Positions 1 through 11,386 of a DNA stretch of 64,000 nucleotides are shown here, piece by piece. The stretch spans positions 6,510,001 through 6,574,000 of the forward strand of contig JBHGNT010000021.1 in assembly GCA_043228905.1 (NCBI GenBank), written 5' to 3'. The position numbers and the translations under genes were made by a program. The DNA is from Azolla caroliniana (Eukaryota > Plantae > Polypodiophyta). Within the stretch, counting starts at the first letter, position 1. Each line of letters starts with the position of its first letter. The notes under the pieces are model-generated. The model searched no databases and was not told the DNA's origin. It saw nothing but the letters and a program-made list of their open reading frames with translations.

Positions 1-1240
1 CCACCGACTCTTCGTGGTCGGCGGTCGTTTTCTTACCGATCGCGCAAGCCCCGTCTGGGCTTGCTTCTCCAATGACCCGGATCTCGGGCTGACATGCCTG
101 AAACCGCAGGTCCCAACGTTCTGATTCCGCGATCGGTATCTCGGCCTCGTCCTTGGCCGTTCTATCTCTGCAAGTCGAGAGGGCGTTTCGTTCCGCACCC
201 TCTCCCGTGGTACCGTGGTACCGATCTTCCGCCGTCGCATGGGGCAAGTCCGTCTCCTTGGTCTCGGCTTGCGGCCTCCATCTTTCCTCTTCCTCGATCA
301 TCGCCTGGAGAGTTGCGTACGCCTCCGCAATCCTGGCCCCAACGCCGACCCTTGCCGACTCCCTCTGCCGTTCGGCCTCTTCCCGCTGTGATGGCACGCC
401 ATCGCGTACCTTCCTCTTAGCCTTCTCGGCTCGCTCATCATCTAGCCTTTGGCACACCCTTCCGACCTTCGACCAGTCCTCTGTAAGCCCATTCGCTCCA
501 TCATCGTCTTCGAGCTCAATCCCGATGGCTTCCCGTTCCGCTCGGTCGATCGACCTGACGAACAAAAGGACTTTGTCCGCCCCCACCAAACCTTGTTCCC
601 GCTCTGGGAGCCGAGCAAGCCGTCGCTCGAACTCTCGGAACGCCTTCGTCGCGCCTCGGTGGGTCTTTGCCGACGCTACCCACTGGTCGAAGTCGCGCCG
701 TCCCCGGCTCTTCCGCCGTCCTCCGTATGCCTTCAGGAGCGCCTCTTCGAAGGCCTCCCACGAACTATGAGCCTCACAGAGCTCCTTTACTTCCGCATGC
801 ATCCGGACAGCTACGACCCGGTAGAAGAACTCCAACCTCAACGCCTCGTCTACGCCACGCTCCTGCATTTCCGCGTTGTAGGCTTCCAAGTAAGATGGGA
901 CTTTGTCCCCGTTGAAACGGCCGACTCTTTCGACCACTCACTCAACTGCCTGTTGTGCTGCTTCTCGCCTCATCACCACTCGCGCCGACTCCAACACCAC
1001 TTCGGCCACCATCTCCGCAAGGTCGTCGTCTTCCGACTCCATCCTCCCTTGCCGCCTTTCACGTCGGGTTCACCAAATATGTCGCGTTGTTACGCGCGTG
1101 CGAGGAGAAAGGCGGGACCACGGGGGTCTTGGACTAGAGAGCGATGGAGCGTAGGAAGTCGTGCTTCACTGTTTCCGGGGCATCCCAGAAACACACCGGA
1201 AGCAACCGAAGGGAGAGAGAGAGAGAGAGCTTAACACCGA

Positions 1241-1293
<53 letters not shown>

Positions 1294-1874
1294 CCACACA
1301 CTTGTACACACAGCTCAACCCGACTCGCGCCTTATGTACAGAAAACGCAAGAGAGGGTAAGCACCCGACGCCAACAGCGACGCGAATATACATAGACAAA
1401 CGTAAACGTATATGTATGTATATATATGAAGAATACATTCCCGGCTTCGAGCCGGACCAAGATAGCTTACAACAGTCGTCTGCTATCAAGCCGCCGTCGG
1501 GGAGCTCTCGGGCTCGTCGCGCCGAGCGGGGTCTTGCACAGGAGATGAGCTGCAGCAAACCCTAAGCGAACACAAAGGAGAAGAAGAAGAAGAAGCTAAC
1601 TCTAAAACCTAACGGTATACCCTCTATGCAAAATGGGCAACCCTTTCACAAAGGGCGTTCCCTTCCTTTTATAGAACAAGCAAAGGGATGCGTTACAATG
1701 TGGGACAAATCCCGACTTACATGGGATTGTCTGTCCCGACTTAACTACTCTTCGGCGCCATAAAGGCGCCCTCGATATTCACACTAAATGTACATGGGTG
1801 CATACACACGCTGCACCCCGCCGAGGTAGCCAATGTTTTCCGGTTTCCGCCTCTGGCCGAAATTCTTCACGACA
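1..1874 (-). mobile_element. Ty3/gypsy-type LTR element, tRNA-Trp primed; 5' end only (runs off the window)
   Basis: LTR 1080-1874 (TGTCGCG...TTCACGACA) has the same termini as the LTRs at 58560 and 62795. PBS TGGTGAACCCGACGTGA lies on the minus strand at 1059-1075. A degraded gag starts at ATG 1042 (AQQAVE.VVERVGRFNG). The flank after the LTR is ACGT. Confidence 0.85.
1213..1291. repeat. (GA)n and (CA)n microsatellites inside the LTR
   Basis: Dinucleotide runs are directly visible. Confidence 0.95.
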
Positions 1875-1986
1875 ACGTAACGTTGGCCGAGCTGCTGGTG
1901 TCCGCTCGGTCTGTGTGTGGAAGTTGTTGCTGTTGATTCCCAGTCTCGTTTGGTGGTGGGTTGTTTCGAGGTGCGTTGGAGTTGCG

Positions 1987-2925
1987 CTAGTCATTTTGAG
2001 GAGCGTCCCGTCGGCGGTTGTCGTTATGTCTTTTATTGTTGCGTGAGTTGCGGTTGCCGTTTCGCCGATCAATGCGTGAGTTCCGTCGGTCATACCGGTC
2101 ATCGCGATCGTCATCATATCGAGCATAATCATCGTGCTGGTCATCGCGATAGTGATCACGACGGTCATCACGTCGGTAGTCGTCGTCTCGGCGCCGTCGA
2201 TCCGGGGATCGCGGTCGGTCGTTATCCTTGTCTTGGTAGGCATATCGCTCGTCCTGCCGAGAGTATGTATTTCGTGGCTCGATCTGGCGAACCAGTGCCG
2301 CCGTTGTGCGGTTCAGCATATTATATTCGCACTGCTTGAAAGTGTGAGCTTGAGACTGACCGATCGGACACTGTGGTCGGTAAGGATGTCATCGAGAAGG
2401 CCGCGCCACGCCGGGTCCGATCGAGGGCGAGAACCCGCGCTATGACTTGTTCAATAGTATGGTTGGCGAAATTTGTAAGTGCGAGAGTTGTTCGGAGAGG
2501 CTCTCGTAAACTGGACAGGAAAGTGTTCGGTATATGTTGTGCCGAGACATCATCGGCCACTTGTCTGTAGAGATCCTGGAACCGGTTTAGTGCGGTTCTT
2601 GGCATATAGAGAAGAATTGCCGGAGCAGTTCCCGTTTAGGCACCTCGCGATGAAAAAGTTCAAGGAACTTTGTGCGCACGATTTGGAAAGTGGTGGCCAC
2701 TCCTATTTCGAGGCGAGAGTACCATCGTGCGGCCGGTCCATCGAGGGAGAGTGTGAACTCGGCAATCATTGAGGCATCGATTTCGGCCGGCGTGAGGCGG
2801 TGCGTGGAGTGGTTGGCCTGCCACGTGGATATGAAGTCACGGATGTGTGACTCTGCATTTGGTCCGTCGGTGTATCGTGGGTATGGGTACGGCATGATGT
2901 CGTACTCTGGGTCTTCTGGTAGCAT
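1987..2925 (-). pseudogene. Retrotransposon gag, frameshifted
   Basis: ORFs 2587-2925, 2321-2605 and 1987-2319 carry gag-like motifs and an R/D-rich tail. Confidence 0.65.
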
Positions 2926-3632
2926 CGGGAAAGGGTTTAGTTCCGGTTGATTGACCTCCGGAGGGCTCGACGGGGGTTGTGGTGGGGAATCAACTCTCGA
3001 TTGAGTGTCCGGTGGCGAGGATTGCCCTGGGGAAGCCTCCGATTGCTCGGGAAAGGATTGGTCAATGACCGCCGAGTCGAAAGTTCCTTCGACTGGCTCA
3101 GGGCGTCGGGCAGGTGGCCGAGACCTCGTGGTGCGAGAGGGCGTTGTAACGACGGCTGGTGGTTAGCTTCAACGAAGTTCGTTGTGCACTCACAGCTGTA
3201 TCCGGGCGTGCCAAATTGTGTTACCCGTTCCTTTGGGTGAACACCTTCGATAGACCTGCGGCTATCGGTATTCAAGGGCATGGTACGTGAAGGCTCGTAA
3301 TAGAGAACACCGGGTCATTTGAAACAGGTAATATGTCACATTATGAGAACATTACGTCGAAAAAGGGCACAAAAGCACGCAGTTTTCAAAAAGACACGAC
3401 GCATGCGTAAAGCTTTTCAGAAAAGGTGGCAAAATATATTGAATTTCAACATGACTACCACTTTGAGTCATAAGTAAAATGCCTCCAAAAATACATCACC
3501 AAAATTACAAAATAATGTACAACATGTCTACCAGTTACAATTATACATATTCGTGAGTTTACATCCAAAACAAATTTACAAAGTTTCCGATCATGTAGTA
3601 AAACAATCCCCAGCTTGAACCAAACCAATATA

Positions 3633-6304
3633 TTAAGACATGTCTGATGGACTAGAAGAGCCTTCTGACGTCTCATCCTCATCATCAGTGGCAATCAAAG
3701 CATTATCCTCATCCAATTCCAACCCAACATCTTTGTGGTTATGAGAATTGCTTCTGGTTATTCTCTGTATTTCGTTTGACACCATGTTTGGGATTTTCTC
3801 CTTTATTATCTTGATAGTTGCTTGTCTTAGATGACCTGATTTTGTCAATGAGAAGTCATATACTAGTATGTCAACACGGTCTAGTGCGAGAGTAGCCATG
3901 CTCGGTATATTCTTTCTTCTTCTCTTTCTGCTTGAACATCCGACATCCTTAACCATCTCTAAAGAATACTTTCCTGTAAATACATCAGTTGAATTTGTCT
4001 GATACCAATGGATTACTATTGACTTTGTCTGACTACTTTCTTCATCCCTTACTAATTCAATAATTTTTGCAATCCAAAATGGATGGCCCAAGGTATCGTC
4101 CCCTGCTAATGTTGCAACCAACATTCCCACTTGTAGTTCTTGCAAATTACCTTGCCATCTTGCCTCAACAGTACGTGACTTTCTTGGTCCCACATAAATA
4201 TCTCTTTGCAGTGGCCGAACTAAATCATGAAGCTCCATATTATTCGATTGTTGGTGATGAGTCTGCGATATTGTTGATGTCATCCCAATGTTCCATGTGA
4301 ATGGGATATGGATTGGCCATAAACCGACGATGTAATTATCTAAAATGGTGCGTTGATGGGTGAAGAAAATCTCCCACCATTCAACATCCTCATCACCGGC
4401 ATACTTCTTAGTCCGATCAATATTATTTTGTTTCTCTGCTAGACATCTCAACCAATATGCCCTTTATTCATCAATAGTACTATTTGGTGCTACATTTTTA
4501 CGATCATCATATGGCATTTGTTGTGCACCATGTAGAGGTTCATCTGGGATATGAAGAAGGAGCCTACAACCTTCTTGGGGCTCCCATTGTGCACTAGATG
4601 AGTATTGTTTCGCAAACAACACCGTCATCTTCAGGTGGGCCGATCTTTGTTTTATGAGGAAGACATGGTTGAAACTTATATTATTAAGAGGTGCAAGCAC
4701 CCTACCTTTAGTCCCGTCACTATCCATGCAGAAACGTTTAAAGTCGTATACTTCTTCCAAGTGTTGTACTTCAGGCTTTGGTGTATATGCTTCACTAATA
4801 AATTTGGATAGCGTGGGAAGTGTGAAAGCATTACAGCGAGCAAGTTTCTTTGAGAACCTACTGAACATTTGATCTATGTGATCATGGGTATGACCAACCA
4901 ACAAGAAGTTAACCTTTATCTTTTTAAATATGCCCCTCTCTACTAGCATGCTTAGATAGCCGAAGACAGTTGAGTTCTTATTCTCTCTTGCTGTGTTGTC
5001 TAGTTGCACATATAGAACTGGCGGGAGTATACCTGACCATGATTGCAATACCCTGTGCATGACAGTGACAGTAAGATTAGGGTCGTTGTGGATATTGGGA
5101 TATGTTAAGAACACTTGTGGTCTTATAGTTTGACAGTATGTCAAACAACCCACTAGATGCATTTGCACGAGACACTCATCTCCAATATCCTTGGGGAGTC
5201 TTTGAAAATGCGGCAAACAAGTTTTCTTTTGATCCATGCCGTCAATAATCATGCACATATACTTTTCGGGAGATTGAAATGCTTTTTGTCGGTGATGCAT
5301 AGCCTTAGTACGTTCCAATGCCTGACTTTCACGATGTTCTTTTAACAGGTTCTTGTAATTCTTGATCTCTACATCTGATTTTCCACCCTTGGCCATACTT
5401 TTTAAACTCGCACATATTGAGCAGACTCCCATTCGCACCTTTCGTGGGATAACCACGTTATTAAATTGTAACCTCCATAGTCGATTAAAATGCCTGTACT
5501 GTATGTAAGGCTCAACATCGGAAGACATGTCGTCCTTGTACGATTGGTAAACTTCCCTTCGAGTAAAGTTATCTGACAAATGAAGTCTTCCTATCGTTGG
5601 CATAACTTCGCACTGTTTTGAAAAATATACCTCCATCCACCTAATTGCCTGTTGCCCAATTTGACCCTTACATCCAGAACCATTTTGATCGAACTGTACC
5701 CAGGAGCCCTTCACAAGTCGCTCTTGAACTCGTTGCAGCCGCATATTTCCAATGCTATGAGTGATTTTAAAAGCTGCTCGACAACACTTGGTATATAGTC
5801 CAAGGAAATACTCAACTTGCGTTGAATTAGGCCCTGCTTTGTGATCCAATTTAAGTTGCATATGCGCAATAAGAAATGTATCTTGCTCTTCCCCATTAAG
5901 CGACAAGTATTTTTGTCGTGTTTCACGTAACCTTGACTTTCCATAAGTTGATAGACAGAGATTCACACAACACGATTTGTTCAAGTTGCATAGAAGTTGA
6001 CGATCAGAACATAAGAAATTAAATCTCTTTTCACTAACTTGTCGAGGAACTCTTTAAATGCTAGAGGTTTAGTAATGCTATTGTTATCTATCGACGAAGA
6101 ATCGTCCGCTTGTAGGCTTGCATGAAGAGGGCCATCAACAGGATCAATTGAAAACAGAGAATTCGAAGTACTAGGAGCCACACTTTTCTGTTTAAGCCGC
6201 GAATGTTTTTTGTGGTCGTACTCTTCTATTGAGAAATACGAGTTATCTGTCAATGAAAAGGGGGCAATAGAAAAAAGAGATGTTCTACTTGTAGAAGAAG
6301 ACAT
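3633..6304 (-). pseudogene. Sola-like DDD transposase with one frameshift (~5985-6030) and one in-frame TAA (4464-4466)
   Basis: ORFs 5981-6304, 4464-5984 and 3633-4451 join into one protein. Motifs: CCxxxC N-terminus, CSIC, IIDGMDQKK, LYVQLDNTARENKN, FLLVGHTHDHIDQMFS. The relic copy reads DEQKRYW where this copy has DE*RAYW. Confidence 0.88.
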
Positions 6305-6601
6305 TTGAGGGAGTCTAACTGTATTCTAAAACCTTCTTTCATGAAAATTAAGGAATGCTAAAGCCTAACTATATAACTACCCGAACACTTAGATTAACTA
6401 TATTATTTTCCGAAATTTTCCTAAAAAGAAAATAATTAAAAATTATTTTTTATTTTAAAAAGAATGCTAAAGTCTTCTATATAAGGAGGTTAGAAATTTC
6501 ATTTTCATTATCACGTGAAAGAATCCATCGAGCTCAGAGCACAGGCCAATTTTCGAGCACTTAGAAGCACATCTTGGACAACACTACCTCCGGCACGAAC
6601 C

Positions 6602-9600
6602 ATGAACAAGGGAAAGAAAATCGTCAGGTTAGTAATATTCATTACATTTTTTAAGATTCCTAAAGATTCCTTAAAGATTCCTTTCCTCAACACATAGAAA
6701 TTTTATTTTATTTTGTACAACGAACTTGGAAAGCAATTCTGAAAGCCAGGACCTTCAGGAATTTGGTTGAAGGCAGGACCTTTCAACCGAAATCCGATGC
6801 AGTGGATCGGATTTCGGTTGAAAGTCCTGCCTTCAACCAAAATCCGATGCACTGCACCGGATTTTGGTTGAAAAATATGATGTTTTTGCGATAAAAAACT
6901 ATTGCATGGGACCATAAAATTGACGTAATTTATATGATAATTTGCGTGATTTAGATGAAATTGTACGTTGTTTCTATGTTTTCACCAACGTTTTTAATTT
7001 CAGTGAGCCCAAACAAAAATTTCCTTCATTTAGATTGAAGATTCGATCTCCAACAAAACGAGATTCTGGCTCCTTCATGAAGGACACGAGTAAAAAGAAT
7101 TTATTTGACTCAACGGGGGAAGGAGGATCCAAGTCATCTGTGGCTACTACCAAAATCAACAAAGGTAGTACGCAAGAGGAGAAAACGGTTGACGTGAAAT
7201 ATAAGGATTACCCCGAACTTGAATGGTGTCTCTCTTATGTCGAGGAGGATGGGGTGTTGTTATTGATAACGGCAAAATCGGACGGGGAAGGGAAACTTCA
7301 GCTTGGAAAAACATTTAATTACGGGCATGTAACCAAGCTAGAGTACGAAGACATTGATTCTACATGTATTTTAATCGACGTCTCGAGCTCAGTTGGCGAC
7401 AGGCGATTGCGACTTGATGAGGGAAACCTAATACCCGAATCTTGCAATCCCAAGGCTTTGCGTAAAGACCTGCAAACGAAAAATAACTTGTTGGTAGCTC
7501 TTCGGCCGTACGTGACAGGAGAGATGATGACCGGTGAAGCAGAAACTCCACCGAAAAAGTCTAGGAAGACAAATCCTGTTCAAAAGAAATATACTAAACG
7601 ACCACGACCTGAAGAAGAAGAAGAAGAAATATTAGAGTTCGTGGAAGAAGAAGATGACCAACAAGTCGACGTCGTGGCTCCAGGCGGACAACTATCTTCT
7701 GGTGTCCTGACGTCAGAACAAAATAAAATAAGAGAAAATATTGTGAAGACTAAACTTGTGCGCAGGGGCCAGCTATTTCATTTGCCCATTACTTCTATCC
7801 AAAGGCCCCCCATTGACCCCGTGACTGGAAGACGTCCCTTGGAAATTAGGGAGCCGCACTCCGTCCATGTCCAAAACCTGAAAAGCAAAATGAAAATCAA
7901 TCCTCACGCTACTGTGGTGCCATTTTTGGTAATGGTTGATCAAGAACAATGCCCAACAGTAGCAGATTTCAAGTATAGCTCTGTAGACGATTACACATAC
8001 TATGTAATCGGAGGATCACATTCGGCCGAAGCTCGACGACAGCTTGTCAAAGAATATCCTCTCACGCCGTTCTTCAAATACGCCGAATGTAAGGTATATG
8101 CAGGACTAACTCACGAGGAGGCGAAGCTGCTTGCATGGGACCATAACAATGACAACGATTATAGGCAAAAGATGTCATGTATAGAGAGGATAAGATTTTT
8201 TCATCATGAATACCTCGATGCCTTGAATCGTTTTGGTCCAAGATTGTGGCCTGGATTGCGACGCCAGTGTTTATTGGAAGTAGGGATTGCAGTGGATGAG
8301 AGTACGAAATCCGAAGGTCTCCGAAAATATGATTCTTGGTTTCAACTAGCTTTTCGGACCGGAGAGGTGTGGGATCTCCAAGACAAAATATTCTCTATGT
8401 GGGAGCGGAAAGAAGTCAAGGGGCAAAGATAAAAAAAGGGAAGAATTGATCCACAAGTTGAGATGAAATCAAAGACCAAGGGAAAAAGCGACTTGGTAAT
8501 CGAGGAGTTACCAGAGGACATGAAACTTTTACCTTGGAGATCATTACAAGGTATCAAAGATGATAGATTGTTAATATCCGTGCTATCTCGAGTGGTCGCC
8601 AAGGAATTTAGTTTGGACGAGATGGTAACAGACTTGCAAAAGTAAGTGTTTATAGTATACCTTTTCATGAAAGTCTTCAATTATTTTGAATATCTTATTT
8701 CTAATTTCATATTGATTGTGCAGTCACAAGGTATACATGAAGATTCAGGAGTTGATGATGCAAAAACTGAGTTTACCGACATGGGAAGAAGTTGAACAAG
8801 CCTGCCTGATAACTTCTTCCTACAAGGCATTGGAGGAATATTTTATTGTATTTAGAGAATGGGTATGTGTCTTTTGAATGTTGATATGTTAGAAAGTAAT
8901 GTTCCCTGCTAACAACAATGACACTTGCAGAAACCATCAAAATCGAAAAAGAACAACGACAATAATGACGGTATTCCAGCGGCCTTCATCACGCACTTAG
9001 AACGTGCGAAATATGAGAAGAGAATGACCAAAGGGAAGGAAATGGAACTGCCCGAGGATTCGGAGACTGTAAAGAGTTTTTTGCATAGGTCCGATCCTTT
9101 CAAACAGCTTCATTATAGTGTTTTCAATGGCGAAGTATCCCAGATGCTCGAACTGTTACCGAGAAGACACTACACTTTGCTGATAGCTGACATACCATAT
9201 GGTTTCCGTATTGCGGGATCAACATATGATGATGTGCCTTTCAAGTACCCTCAGATTGAGAAAATGGTAAAGGATTTCGCAGAACTGACATTGGCCCCCT
9301 TGTGGAGGATAGTCATATTTCATAGCATGGGGCAATCACTGTCAGTCACAACAGCTTTGAAGTCCCGTTGTCATGCCACTGAACACATGCATTGGTGCGT
9401 TATAGTTCGCTTTTACTCATTATAGTACTTCTTATTATATGTACACATTTACACCTCTAATACTTGATTTTCTTTCTCTATAGGATCAAAACAAATATTA
9501 CACGTAGCCCTGGCGATCGAATGGTTAGTGCGGTCGAACATTTTTGTGTGGGCTACTATGATTCAATTACAAAGAAGAAGGCTAGAGCACATGTTAATGA

Positions 9601-10213
9601 GCGTAACGTGGTTAACTACATCATGTGCCCAGCCGTAACCAAAAAATTAAGACATGTGTCAGGGGATAAAAGTATGGTGAACCCTTATCAAAAACCTCAA
9701 AGATTGATCAACCGCCTCATAGAGCTCTTCTCGAATCCAGATGATTGGGTCCTAGACTTGTTCTCTGGCACAGGTATAATATATATATTTAATTTCAATC
9801 TTGTCTATCAAGTTTAAGACGATACTTCTTATATATACTTGTTTGTGTTCATGCGACCATTAGGTACAACGACAACTTGTGCATTGAAGATGTTTAGAAA
9901 CTGTGTTGCATTGGAGAAGGACCCTGCTCAAGTTAACTTCATCAAAATGAGGATCACAGGAATCTGGGACTGTCCAGATCAGGATCAAGAAGTCGGAGCA
10001 AAACACATCAACGAGACAAAGATGTTCCAGATGACTTCACGAGAACCAATGGAACCAATTAATGAAGAAGCAGGGGAGCTGGTGGACCTGGAAGATGTAG
10101 CACAGTTTGACCATACATCAGATTCGGGAGAGCTTGGAGATGACACGAATGAAAACAGTCTAGAACAATCAGCGCCAGAGGAGCCTGCTCTGCCTGATTT
10201 GCTTATAGATTGA
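6602..10213 (+). pseudogene. ParB-like domain plus beta-class DNA N6-adenine/N4-cytosine methyltransferase, ~968 aa, six exons, one premature TAA (8430-8432)
   Basis: Phase-consistent GT-AG exons: 6602-6627, 7004-8641, 8724-8862, 8931-9394, 9484-9773, 9864-10213. ParB/Srx-like motifs FHLPITSIQ...PFLVMV...YVIGGSHSAEA. MTase motif IV LLIADIPYG, then WIK, NPYQKP and motif X-I DWVLDLFSGTGTT...ALEKD. Confidence 0.85.
6763..6872. repeat. Inverted-repeat hairpin in intron 1 of the methyltransferase gene
   Basis: TTGGTTGAAGGCAGGACCTTTCAACCGAAATCCGAT-loop-ATCGGATTTCGGTTGAAAGTCCTGCCTTCAACCAA gives a ~35-bp stem. A second hairpin overlaps it. Confidence 0.9.
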
Positions 10214-11386
10214 TGTAGATGGCGTAATGTAAAAATTGAGGATTTTGAGGCATAATGTTCACCATCACTTCATATTATATTTGTATATGAGAACATCTGT
10301 AATTGTTTATCGTTTAATTAAATTCACATGTTCATAATTTCCCTTTTTACTCATTATTGGAACCGTTGTTTGTATTTACATATAATTGGTCACCATGCTC
10401 TTCTTTAGTTTGAGATATTAACATGATATTGTAATTTCTCATTTCCGTTAGCATGACTGTATATGAAAAGGCGAATGTTTTTGATAATAAGAGGTTTTTA
10501 GTTACCTACGGTTCAAGTCTACTGGTTCCACATAGTATAAATGAATGTCGTACGTAATTGTTACTCTTACCAATTACATTGTCATGAACTATATGACATT
10601 ATACAATGAAACTATCGATATACCCGTCCAACAAGTGGGGTACTACTTTATTCCTAAACCCAAAACCACATATTTATAATTACGGTTTATGTAGTTTTAC
10701 TCTACAATTTGAATATGGATACCAATTTTAGAACTTTATATTGAACCAAGTCTTCAATTGTGCTCCATGATATGCAAATTGACACGAATGTGGACACATA
10801 TACAATTTAGTAATTGCTAGGTTTTTTTTGTTCTATATTTAACCATCAAGTCGCAAAAGGGGTACGCATGCATCATATATTTTCGATATCAGGCTAAAAT
10901 AGGGTACTTTTCTACATCTGGCCAACTATGCCAAAAGAGAATACGATATATTACCTGTTTCAAATGACCCGGTGTTAGAGGCGTCGTGAGGGAGAAAATG
11001 ATCAGAGATAAAACACTAGCGAGATCTTGATAGGCGTGGGCGGCGCTGAAATCATAAGTATGAACCAAAGCACAGACACATGGAGCAAAATGGGCACAAA
11101 TCCGATATATTACTGCGACAGAAAAAGGATTACAAAACACGGCCTACGGCCGGTGACCTTACAGGATTATCTAGTTACGATGGACTAAGCTAGTGCTTCC
11201 GCCTATATTTTCTGCCCCCGCTCTGAGGTACTGGACCTCGTTTAAATACGTTTCCCCTAATACATAGCCGAGCCGTCGGTGGCCCGTGATACTCGGACTC
11301 GGCGCTCGTTGGCGTTCTTTCCTACTCGGTTACACTACCGCCGTTTGCTAATTTCCTAATTCTATATTTCTGTCCTCTGGACAACA

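Larger units (their letters stand above)
3306..10976. mobile_element. Complete Sola-like (Sola1-type) TIR DNA transposon, 7671 bp, two divergent genes
   Basis: Perfect 29-bp TIRs AACACCGGGTCATTTGAAACAGGTAATAT at 3306-3334 and 10948-10976. 4-bp TSD AGAG at 3302-3305 and 10977-10980. Encodes a DDD-type transposase and a methyltransferase. Confidence 0.92.
1875..11386 (-). mobile_element. Ty3/gypsy-like LTR retrotransposon (tRNA-Arg-type PBS); 5' LTR and gag, with the LTR split by the Sola-like insertion
   Basis: On the minus strand the LTR starts TGTTG at 11386, is interrupted at 3306-10976 and ends ...GGGTAACA near 3219. PBS TGGCACGCCCGGA follows at 3201-3213. Frameshifted retrotransposon-gag ORFs occupy 1987-2925 (YPRYTDGPNAESHIRDF...LDGPAARWY). 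Confidence 0.7.

Noticed and set aside
1059-1075. tRNA-Trp gene fragments (also 39906, 56961, 62774)
   Set aside because: Only the 17-nt match to the tRNA 3' end including CCA, adjacent to LTRs: these are primer-binding sites.
3306-3334. CACTA or Chapaev assignment from the CACC near the terminus
   Set aside because: A TSD is only recovered with AACAC...GTGTT ends (AGAG, 4 bp), and the transposase motifs are Sola-like rather than Tnp2-like. The subfamily label remains tentative.
6602-10213. Bacterial contamination or a restriction-modification operon
   Set aside because: The gene has five phase-consistent spliceosomal introns, lies within TIRs with a TSD inside a plant LTR, and has no endonuclease partner.
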